From Catajapyx aquilonaris (Eukaryota), in NCBI GenBank assembly GCA_000934665.2, contig KZ538127.1:62001-118553 (forward strand): 56,553 bases of DNA. Direction: 5' to 3'. The position numbers and the translations under genes are program-made. Position 1 is the stretch's first letter, and each line of letters starts with the position of its first letter. The notes under the pieces were generated by a model that saw only the letters and a program-made list of their open reading frames with translations, was not told the DNA's origin and made no database searches. Below, piece after piece: positions 41,601 to 51,633 of this stretch.

Positions 41601-44600
41601 AGCGCAGTTATTAATACGACATGCACGCCATCAGAGATTTGAATTTGTAGTCACAGCCATATAAAGTGGTCTTTTCAGTTCATAATTACGGTACAATAAA
41701 TGACATTTTTTTTACATTGATATCCTGAGAAATTACTTTGGGATCACGAATCTTAATTTTTCCAGGGCTCCCTTATATATGTTGCACTGAGAAGATGCAG
41801 TCTGGGAAGTTTGTACTTGACAGTCAGTTGGCAAAGATCTTTTTATGCGAAACTTATCATGCGAAACTTATCATGTGCTTTATGGAAAAATAACAACAAT
41901 TCTGTGCAGGACTTGCATTAGTCAAGGAATTCTAGCTTCTAGTAAACATTCTTGCGCTTCACTTTGGCAGTATAACTATTCATTTCACCAATTGTACCCA
42001 GTTAACTGCATTATTATACTGTACTATACTGATGCATTCAGTATTCAAGTTATTTCATGATTATTTATATTTCAATACGGATAATTACTTCAAAACTGTT
42101 TCTAGTAATTAAATGAAACATGCCAATGCTTTGTTATACAGAGGATGTTGCACTATTCAAAAGGCAGCAGTCCATGCATGAGAAATGGAAAGTGGTATGG
42201 TTTATTTTCTCCACCAGCTAGTTTATAAACTGTCGAACGATGATTCCTGTTAAGGAGAAACAACAGTCACTACATAATGAATAAGGTCCTATACAACAAT
42301 TTAAAGCCATTGCTTGGGGTGCACAATCTCTAACATCTTCCCCAATAAAATGGACTGTGAATTATTATGACGAGATCGTGTTTAGCCATTGCAATTATTT
42401 ATTTTTGCGTGATTAATACCCAGTGTGCATTTACAATAATTATCAGAATTTACACTGAATGTGATGGTCAGTAACACCTACATTACCTCCACGTAATCTA
42501 TTACAAAATGTCACATTCATAATTTTTGGGGAGGTGTGCACTCTGTGCAGGTGTTGAGTGAGACATGCTGATAACAAGGAATATCCTGCTGCTTATCACA
42601 GATACTTGCAGGGTGACCTACTCAGACATTCACATAATTTATTTTTACTACAAATTGTCTGCATTTTGTCAATCCCTTATGTTTTGTAAACTATTGTCTG
42701 GTACCTGCTGTTAATTGTTTTTGATTTTGCGATTTCACAAGCACGGAAAAAATGTAGCACCCAGTAAGCAATGTACACAAAAGAGTCTGGTCTATTGTTA
42801 AGTTAATTAGTTCCTTTTGGCAGTGCATGTGATCCAGTTTATTCCCATGCCGAGCGAGTCCGAAGGAAACAAGGCGGAGAATACTGAAGGAGTGGCTTAA
42901 GAAAAGGACTCGTAGACGACCTGCTGTGGTTTTCAGATGATGATGAAGAAGTGTCTATTTTTGGGGAGTGCCCAGTATGCGGTGGGCACGAATAGAGCTG
43001 GCTAAAGGCCAGCATTGAACGGCGCCAGCCTCTTTTCTGCTCACTTTATTTATTCCTTGCAAAGAATCAACAGATGGCCATGCTTCTGAAGGCTTATTGG
43101 GGGAATTTCCAGGTGTGACCTCTGCAAAAGGCCTTAATCCTTAAAAATCCCAAAAAATGAGATTTTTTTTGGGTGGATTGTGAATGTAAAGGTTGGACTA
43201 TCTGTCGTTCTATATAGACTGGCTCCTGTGAGAGTCTGAATCTGGAGAAGAAGAGATGCAGCTTGGCAGGTAGTCTTGGAGGATTGGACAACCTCTCGTG
43301 CTCTTCTGCGGACGGAGTTGATCCTCCTGCTACGGAAGTGCCAAATTCATCTCCGTCCCCGTTGGTTCCTGGTATTGTCAACGCCTGTTTGCGTCACTTG
43401 GAAAAACACGGCCTTCAAACTTTGGGAATCTTCCGGGTCAGCAGTTCCAAGAAGAGAGTACGCCAGGTATGTGTCTCACATTTTTATTGCCAATAACTGC
43501 AACCCGGTATTTTTGGGGGTGTCTTGACAGATGAGACTCATCACACTCAGCAAAGTTCAAGTGCGATGTAATTGTTGTTTGTCATATTTTCAGCTAAGAG
43601 AAGAGTTTGACAGTGGAAAGGACATTCTGCTAACTGAGGACCATTGCCCACATGACATAGCTACCCTTCTAAAAGAGTTTTTCCGAGACTTGCCCGAGCC
43701 ATTACTGTGTAGAGAACTATATCCAGCCTTCCTTCAAATGCAAAGTAGGATTGCCAAATAATATTGCGGGAGCTGTAGATTATGGCGTCTAATGCTACAA
43801 CAACAAATCATTTCAGAAATCCGCAATCGGAAATTGCAATTCGAGGCATTGCAGTACTTGGTCCAGCTTCTTCCAGCTCACAACCGAGACACACTGTGGT
43901 CACTGCTGACATTTTTGGCCACTGTGGCCGAGAATGCAACAGATCACCGAAACAAAGCCGGTATAAATTCGTGAACGACCCTGTTTTTTTTCTATCATGT
44001 TCTAACTGCAAATTGTGTCAAACAGGAGAATGGGTACCTGGGAACAAAATGGACAGCAACAATCTGGCCACACTCTTTGCCCCAAATATCCTCCATTGCA
44101 TCAAGCCTGGAAGTGACAAAGAGCTTTCGGCTGAAAGGGCAGAAGAGCGCATTGATGTCATCAACGTTGTCCGAAGTATGATTGACCACAACAAGGAACT
44201 TTTTGAGGTATGCACCTGCTGGGTACCAATAACTCTCTGATTGTTAACACTGCTGTTTCTGTGCAGGTGTCTGCAGAACTTATGGACGAAGTGTACCTGC
44301 ACCTAATGGACACACATCCCGAATCATTGGACCAAATCCTAAGGAAGCGTTGCTCACAAGGAGAGGAAATACTAGACGATTTGGACACAAGCAGCAGCGT
44401 TTTCGAAGGCAGCGAAGCTTCTTCTTTGCCAAGGACCCCAACCGACGTCGCTTTGCATGAATCCGCGGTTGCCAACAGCACTGCAGCAATTGACAGGTAA
44501 TAAACATATCGGGGGGGGGGGGGGGGGGNNNNNNNTTTGTTTGATATACCAATATTTAGCAGGCATTTGGAAAGGAGTGGTTCCAAACCGGATGTTATAT

Positions 44601-45878
44601 CCAACACCACAGAGGATCACAACCGTCGGTATAGGAAAAGAGAGGAAATACTGCATGAAACTGGCGGTACTGGAGGGTCAGCAAGGTTTGTCTTGTAATT
44701 TCACATGTTTGTACGACAATTTAACAGAATTTGTTTGGTACAGGATGAGAGACCGGGGTCGTGATAGGACGAGACGAAAAGAGCGTGGGTCTACAGGCAG
44801 CATAGGAGACCACCCTGAAGCATCAGACCGGTACCGAAAGAGCTACTCGGATAAGGAGGACGCAGGATCATCGTCGACGACACCCGTGGCTGAAGAGGAC
44901 GAGCGTACCAAGTGGTTTCGACGACCATCGGGAGAAAGCAGCGACGGTTGGGAAGCTCATCGCAAACGGGAACGACGAGAAGGACAGTCCGACTCCGATG
45001 CGATTCGACCGTTGGTCCTGCGCGACGGAGAACTTCGGAAGCAACCTGGGGTGATCACAGCTAGTCTTAAAATTCCAGTGCCGATGCAGGCGACGTCAAC
45101 GACGATAGCGGCACCAGCGTCGCTTCCGTCGCCAGCACCCCCGTTCGCACTCAGCCTGGACGACACCGACATACCGTTCATCGAGGACACGGGCGAACGA
45201 TGCGACGACGTCGTTGCAGAGTTCAGGGTCGGATCAGCCCCTGCACGTGCGTCGCTTGAGCTGCACCAACGACGTCGGTCAGGCACAGGCAGCAGCAGTA
45301 CCGATTCCTCCATGGTTGTAGCGGTCCGTACCGGTACGTCATCAGGCACCAGCACTCCAGCCAGCGCATGTTCGTCCCCACCATGGCGATCAGAGTCCTC
45401 AACACCTGCATTGTCACCACCGACGTCCCCGACCACCCGATTTCCGTACGAGGAAATGACAGCTCGGATCAGCATCCCGACCAGATCAGAGGACACGGAC
45501 AGGATAAGTCCGACCATAACCGCGTACAGAAGCGGTGCAACAACAGGTACCGACAGAAGAGCGTTGCAGCAGGGACGTGAGACTCTCGGTGCGTGTGTCC
45601 TAGCCGGAGGAGGTGTAGTGCGATCACGTACGACCGACATCGGCGGTCTGGCCAGAGCACAGCATCAGCAGGAGGCTCCGATGATGAAGAAGACGACCAA
45701 GAATAAGTCGTACGTCGGTGGCAACAGGCATCAGACAGCGCATCTTCCGGACGTTCGAGGAAGAATAAAAGGCGACGAAGAGCAAGGCCATCAGGTGAGG
45801 CAAAGGCCTCAGGGAGCCATGTGGAAACGACAGGAGATCATAGCCAGTCATCCGAAACAATCGGAAACTTTTGTGTAA
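35651..45878 (+). CDS. ARHGAP6: Rho GTPase-activating protein, ARHGAP6/RhoGAP102A-like, 11 coding exons, ~1248 aa
   Basis: Exons 35651-36352, 37165-37677, 39673-39829, 40026-40118, 40911-41101, 43218-43466, 43594-43744, 43817-43960, 44026-44207, 44267-44496, 44744-45878 (3747 nt in frame). GAP domain: [23 protein letters not shown] (arginine finger intact), [42 protein letters not shown]6-like pre-GAP segment [11 protein letters not shown]...[14 protein letters not shown]. Confidence 0.92.
36412..36783. mobile_element. Nested MITE cluster: two adjacent hairpin elements inside an outer inverted repeat
   Basis: Inner A: CCCGATTGCACC (36450) to GGTGCAATCGGG (36555). Inner B: GCCCGATTTCT (36562) to AGAAATCGGGC (36722). 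Outer: CATTTAACTGACCGTTAA (36412) pairs with TTAACGGACAGTTAAATG (ends 36783). Confidence 0.8.
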
Positions 45879-47164
45879 CAATACGCGTGTAACAATGAAC
45901 TGTACACATTCATATGGTCCGCTACTTTTTTTTTTCACAACCGAGTGCGCACCACAGTTCGCGCAGCTTGCACGGTTGGCATTATCAATGACTGGTCAAT
46001 AAGAGATGCGCTTATTTCCAACGCTACCCTGCTTGGACGAGGGGAGGGAATAACAAAATGGGCACGTTTGCGACGTTGCCAAAAGCTATGAAAAGGCGTC
46101 CTTTTGGTAGTAACTCTGTCAACGTTTTTTGTCGGAACAATATAGCTGCGCGAGTGTGGGTGCGCACTCGGTTGCGTTCGTTAAAAATTCAATATGTGCG
46201 CCACTGCAGGTTGGTTATTGTTATATTAATTGTTGGCAGGAAACAATGGAAACATATTTTCTCCGTGTATTAGTCATTAAGCCGTCATTGAACTGTACTC
46301 TTGCCATTTCTACTGTACGTATAATATGCGGTGGACGTATTTCTCTTTAAATAACATGAGAAAAATGCGTGCAGCCTCGGTTCGGGATTAAGTTAATAAA
46401 TTATATAGTCACTTTATCGTGCCAAAGGTATTATGATTTTTTTGTAAATGTTATAACTGATGGTGACCGTTTTCACACTTAATTTTAAGAGAGAGAGAAA
46501 GAGAGAAATATAGGTGTACACACTTTTAAAACTGACGATGTAACCATGCAATTATAGTCATTGTTTTATGTCTTGCGAGGACATCAGCACAGGCTGACTA
46601 CAACCTTGCACCTCGCTCGTTCTTATTAAAAAAAATAAAGAGGATATTTGTTGAATTCAAGACTTAAATTATTGTTATATTTTTATTTACTCTTCACTTT
46701 CTGTTATAATTTCTGAATTTAAAAAAAAGAATAAAGTTTGTTACGTCTACGTGTATATTTCTTACGCCAACGGGCACCTGAACACATAGGCCTACGTACG
46801 CAATTTTAAAGCATTAATAATATGAACGCATTTTAACAATCACCCTCAGCCTCCTATTCAAAGGGTGAACATCATGAATAATAATAAGCGAATATCACTA
46901 TTGATTGTTGTTGCCTCACTTCAAACCAGTTGCTAGGGTAGACACTCCATAACGCTTTTTCTTTTCCTTCCTGCTTTTGAACTGAAGACAAAATCGATTT
47001 TTCTTAGTTGATCCTGCAGGTTATGCTTTCCGTGTGCCACATCCGAGAGTTGCATACAAGACAGGATGTAAATCTCTGCGACAACTAATAAAGAAAATAA
47101 CAAAATAATAATAATAATAAAATAATATAAAGAAAATAATAAAGAAAATAAAGACATACTGTCA

Positions 47165-47270
47165 TACTGATTGGCGAAGCCACAGTAATGTTCGTTGGCC
47201 TGTGACACAACTAAGGAAAATAAATGAAGAGCTACTGATTGGCAAAGCCACAGTAATGTTCGTTGGTCTG
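47165..47270. repeat. Direct duplication of ~37 bp upstream of the rumi fragment
   Basis: TACTGATTGGC(G/A)AAGCCACAGTAATGTTCGTTGG(C/T)CTG at ~47165 and ~47233. Confidence 0.85.
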
Positions 47271-47339
47271 CGGCAGGACAAGACGGACAGTATTGTTGGG
47301 CAGAAGACAAACCCACAATAAGCGCTGCATATTTGACAG

Positions 47340-47487
47340 GGGGACCAGATACCAAGTGATAAACCACCGTTTGCACCGCGATGCACCGGAGTCGAGGATT
47401 TCCTGCTGCCTCTCCTGCCCAACCTCCCGGACATGGAGTTTGTCCTGAATACGCGTGACTGGTCGCAGATACAGCGCCAGTGGTCCA
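47340..47487 (+). pseudogene. Isolated decayed exon of protein O-glucosyltransferase (rumi/POGLUT1, GT90)
   Basis: After the acceptor TTTGACAG: GTRYQVINHRLHRD, then a deletion/frameshift, then CTGVEDFLLPLLPNLPDMEFVLNTRDWSQI. This matches the POGLUT1/rumi motif GTxYQIxxxxLYRxxxCMFPxRCxGVEHF...LPDMExVINxRDxPQ. No other rumi exons seen. Confidence 0.8.
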
Positions 47488-47720
47488 ACCATGCGGTCAT
47501 ACTCGCAATTGCTCAAATTCAAGCCCATTCAAGACCATTAATTAATGGAAGTCAAGTCGAAGTCGTGATGATTAAATTTTTTAAACCCATAATTTATTTC
47601 AGGCGATGCAAAGTGCATTCTTGTTGATACTTTTTATAACACGCACGTAACCCATGATTCACATGCCTACTAGCAGTACCGATACTGCAATATGTTTGTA
47701 TTCCAGTCAATGTTCTGTTC

Positions 47721-49215
47721 ACGCCCAACTTAGTCGCCGAGTACTTGCAGCGGTATCCGGCCGCATTACGATTGTTCCTGGAGCATAATTATGATCTTTC
47801 AGGTTAAACTGGGGGTAAGTACCGACCGAATCTAATCGAATTTGGTTAACAACCGGTTTGTTACAGAGCAAGCAATTCCATAAGCACTTAGCGATGCTGT
47901 ACTTGGAGCAAGTAATATCGCTTCTGAACAAAGACGAATCGCAACCATCCGAAGCCAGACGCAAACTCCAGGAGTTGCTGGAAGCCTCGTCGAATTACAG
48001 TCCAGTTCATCCTCGGGAAAATGGCGAACACCGAACTGTATCCGGAGATGCCCATACTTTACGCGAAGGTATGTAAATGCAACGCACATTGTTACGTAAA
48101 TGTGATGTACATTGTTACGTGAATGTGACGCAAATTGTTATGCACAATGCGAGGGGAGGCGGAGTGGTGCTGTGGTAACGGATGCGCCCACGGATGTTAA
48201 GGTCCCGGGTTCGATCCCAGCCCGGGGACACCCCCTTCATCTCGTGCAGAGTTCAGGGTCACCTCTGGCTTCGTCTCGGGTGGTATTTCCACAGACTAAA
48301 CCACCCGGGGGAGTTCACTAAAAATGGCCACAGCGTAAGATGCACTGCACCTTGCACATCCCCTCCTGTCATCCTGCCCGTGGGCCCGGGCTTTAATTAA
48401 ATAGGCACCATGTACTGAACAACTCAAAATACAATAAAGGTCCATGCGATACACCCGGGAAGGGGTGAAAGCATTACCCACAAATTATTATTATTATTTA
48501 TTATTATTATTATGCACAATGCAGTACATTTCTGCAGAATTAATCGGTTGCATTACTGATGGAGGATCATGATAAAGAGTTTCAGATACTAGTGTACAAA
48601 CTGGGCGATCATAAAGCGGCCGAGGAGCACAGTGTACGTAATGCGAACGGACTTGACATGGCAAAGCAACAGAATATATTTTACACTCTTCTTCACGTCT
48701 ATCTCTCGCCATCTGGAGGGCAAGTGTATGACTCGTAATTTGTGCGGGAATCAATCATTTGTTTTTTTTTCAGAGTTGAGCAGTTGGATCCGGCACTGAG
48801 TCTGCTGAACAATCAAATACGGCTGAATTCGATGTGGTTCAGGTGATCAGCCTGCTTCCGCCGACCTGGCCGCTTTCATCGGTACAGCGGTTCATATGTG
48901 GTTGCCTCCGAAGCCACCTTCATGTGAGCCGCATGAAGAAAATCGAGAGCTCGTTAGTCAGAGGAGAAAACGTGCAGAACAAGTTCATCTGGCATGACAT
49001 GTGCCGTGATGCGCTGGTTCTACTCGAATCAAAGCAAGCGCAATGAATGACTTGCAGTACTAATCCGATCTCTTTACAGTTATTGTTGTGTTTGCAAAAA
49101 GCCGTTTGAAGACCCAGCTTGCGCAAGATATCCAAAAGGGCTTGTCATTCACACGTGGTGTGCACGACAACCCAACGTTTGTCTGCTAACCAGAGCCGTC
49201 TTTAGAGAATACTGA
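47721..49215 (+). pseudogene. TGFBRAP1: 5'-truncated, unprocessed TGFBRAP1 (Vps3/Vps39 family) pseudogene, five 3' exons
   Basis: Exon remnants 47721-47814 (VAEYLQRYPAALRLFLEH), 47867-48068 (FHKHLAMLYLEQV...ARRKLQELLE), 48559-48719 (HDKEFQILVYKLGDHKAAEE...FYTLLHVYL), 48774-49033 (AEFDVVQVISLLPPTW...LVRGEN), 49080-49215 (CCVCKKPF...RYPKGLVIHTWCA). Frameshifts near 47787, 48000 and 48817; acceptor mutated to TG at 48557-48558; two GC donors. Confidence 0.88.
48151..48509 (+). mobile_element. tRNA-derived SINE with 13 bp target-site duplication
   Basis: A box TGGTGCTGTGG, B box GGTTCGATCCC, (TTA)n tail, and TSD TTATGCACAATGC at 48138-48150 and 48510-48522. Confidence 0.9.
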
Positions 49216-49259
49216 TCTGTATACATATGTTTAATTAAATATATTTAAGCTGTACAGTA

Positions 49260-51436
49260 TTAGAAATTACGCTCTAATGGATGCGACACTTGGTAGCCCT
49301 TATGCGATACGATCTTCTCGGCGATGTTCATGTACATTGTGTCCGTCGTTGCGAATTGGCCGTCGTTCAGCTCGTTGACTAGTCGCTTCACGGCGGTGTA
49401 TGCATCGCAGCAGTACGTTTGCGCCAGGGTTATCTGCAATTAATATGCGATGTATTATTGCGGTACATAGCGACGAAGTACATACTTCCAAATCCGCGTT
49501 CCTCAGCCCGATGCAGTACGACCTGGACGATCTTGCTAATACCGCAGTCATACCGTATATCATCACAGCAACGTCTGATAGCCGCCGTAGCACCATATGT
49601 CGCTCGGCAACTTCAGCGCCATGATACGCAAACACCTGCTCCACACCGAACTCCAGTCGCGCCACGCAGTACTCCAGCATCTTCACGTATTTCTGCAAAT
49701 ACACACATCATCACACCCGATAATTTCAACCATCATTGTCTTACCTTCAGCGACGGATGGACGAACCCATCCAAGCCCATGTCCACCTTAGGGTTGTCCG
49801 AATGGTGCCATATTCGCTGCATCGTTTTCCGGAAGATGAACCCGGGGTGGAATAGCGGGTTTCGCATCTTCTTAACATCATCCTGCAGTTCAAGTCCGGC
49901 AAAATGTAGTCCCGCGAGTGCAACGTACGACCTCAGTACATCACTGCTGGTTTCAAATAGTTGCAAGGCACGTGCGTCTTGCATTATACGGTTTAGGTAG
50001 TTTGTAGGGTCGTACCCGGGTGATCCGACGATGCTAAGTGCTTCGACTACTGCGGTCCATAGTGCGTCGGTAGCCATTAGTTTAACCGCTGTCGACTCGA
50101 CGGTCGTATCGGCATCGGTTGTATCGATCAATCCGGCTGTCATGTACGTAGCGCTTTCCACCGCGTATGTAGCGACTGCCATTTTCGCTAACTTGGCTTG
50201 CGTTAACTGGTCTGTCCTCGCATGCTCCACGGTGTACTTCAGCACATCCCGCAACATCGCACTGCACACTCCGCCCCAGCAGAAACGATCCGCTGTAATC
50301 GCATTGACCGCCAGCTTCAATCCCTGTCCAACCGTACCCAACGTATTGGCAGCCGGAACAGGCGTGTCCTTAAACTGTACGGAGCACAAATCTGCTCCGT
50401 TGATACCAGGCGTCCCATGCGATTTGACCGTCACTCCGGGATAGTCACGCTCGACTATAAATGCAGTCAGTGCATCGTACTTAAGATGCTTATGATCCTG
50501 CATCTCCGTCTGGGCGAACACGACGTACAGACTGGCATTCCCACCGTTAACGACCCAGGGTTTGGTGGCGTTCAACGTCCAGGTGGTGCCGTCGTCTGAC
50601 AGCCTCGCTTGAGCCTTAATCTTCGTAACGTCGGAGCCGATGTCCGATTCGTTAAGGCAAAACGCAGCGATCCATTCGGCGGTGGACAGCAACGGAAGGT
50701 ACTTGGAGCGCTGTTGCTCGTTACCCTCAAGCAGCAGACTCTAATGAGAAAAAGAATATTACGCCATGGCAACGACACTGGTTCTTTGAAGCTCACCTTA
50801 ATGCCAAGGGCTTGGTGCGCATGGAGCATGACTGCAACGGACGCATCGCCCCCGACGGCCTCCACCATCCGGACGTACTCAGTCGACGTCGCTTCCGTCC
50901 CTCCGTACGCCTGCGGAACCTGCACTCCGCACAGCCCCTTCTGTCCCAGCGACCTCAGGTCATTCGCTGACCCTTCCAACGACCCGACCTTGCCCTTCAG
51001 CTGGGTCAGCGCCTCCCCGTCCAGCTCCGGGAAGGTCAGCACCCTCGGGTCCACCTTGCCCAGAAAGGCGCTCTTCACCACCGGCTGCATGCGGATCTTG
51101 GACGACTGGGCACCCACGCCCTCCTCCGCAGGCTTCACCTTCTCCACCTGCAATGGAATGTACCGGTAAGTAGTGTCCATTGCAACAGGCCCATGGCAAC
51201 AGTCGATGACAAGGGGTGTCCACACTTGCAATGGTACATGGCAACAATAATGTACTCTACATTTTTGAGCGGTTCACTCTGTTCGCAATGTACAGGGTTT
51301 CCCCCCCTTGTGGTGACCACAGTGCCCTGACCTGTGTTGCGAGTGTCCTCCTGCTGCATGGGGGCTGCTGGACGCACCTTCGTCTGACCTGATGACCCAG
51401 CAGCAGACTTGTTGACCTCAACACGTGCGAGGTCAT
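49260..51436 (-). CDS. ACAD9: Mitochondrial acyl-CoA dehydrogenase family member 9-like (complex I assembly factor; Egm-like), 5 exons, ~610 aa
   Basis: Exons (minus) 51436-51332 (Arg-rich, acid-free presequence MTSHVLRSTSLLLGHQVRRR...), 51147-50797, 50740-49745, 49692-49486, 49433-49260; 1833 nt in frame. Motifs AHQALGIK, AAFCLNE, AFIVERDYPGV, YGMTAVLARSSRSYCIGLRNADLE and C-terminal HPLERNF are VLCAD/ACAD9-class. Confidence 0.9.
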
Positions 51437-51633
51437 GCTTTTCTGATCACAGACGATAGTATCGACTACTTTTGATTCTACTACTTGATATCATCCATCA
51501 CTGACTGTGTGGACGATGCTGGTGCACGTCGGATCGATGGTATTATCATAGCCAAAAAAAAAAAGCCAGCTGTTTTTGCCACGTATTAGCAGCTGTGCTA
51601 CGTTCGGCCAGCCGGTTCGAGGTGGATGAAAAG
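51437..51633. promoter_or_regulatory. Compact bidirectional housekeeping promoter (ACAD9/TUSC3)
   Basis: Only 197 bp separate the opposing ATGs. Contains DRE-like TATCGA and GATCGATG, CATCACTG (Ohler motif 7-like) and two CAGCTG E-boxes. Confidence 0.7.

Noticed and set aside
44957..45640. 227 aa antisense ORF
   Set aside because: Shadow of the GC-rich last RhoGAP exon; no motif or splice support.
48151..48230. tRNA gene
   Set aside because: Has A/B boxes but continues into a 360 bp body with a TTA tail and TSD; it is a SINE head.
49419..51169. Plus-strand ORFs of 125-193 aa
   Set aside because: Antisense shadows of ACAD9 exons.
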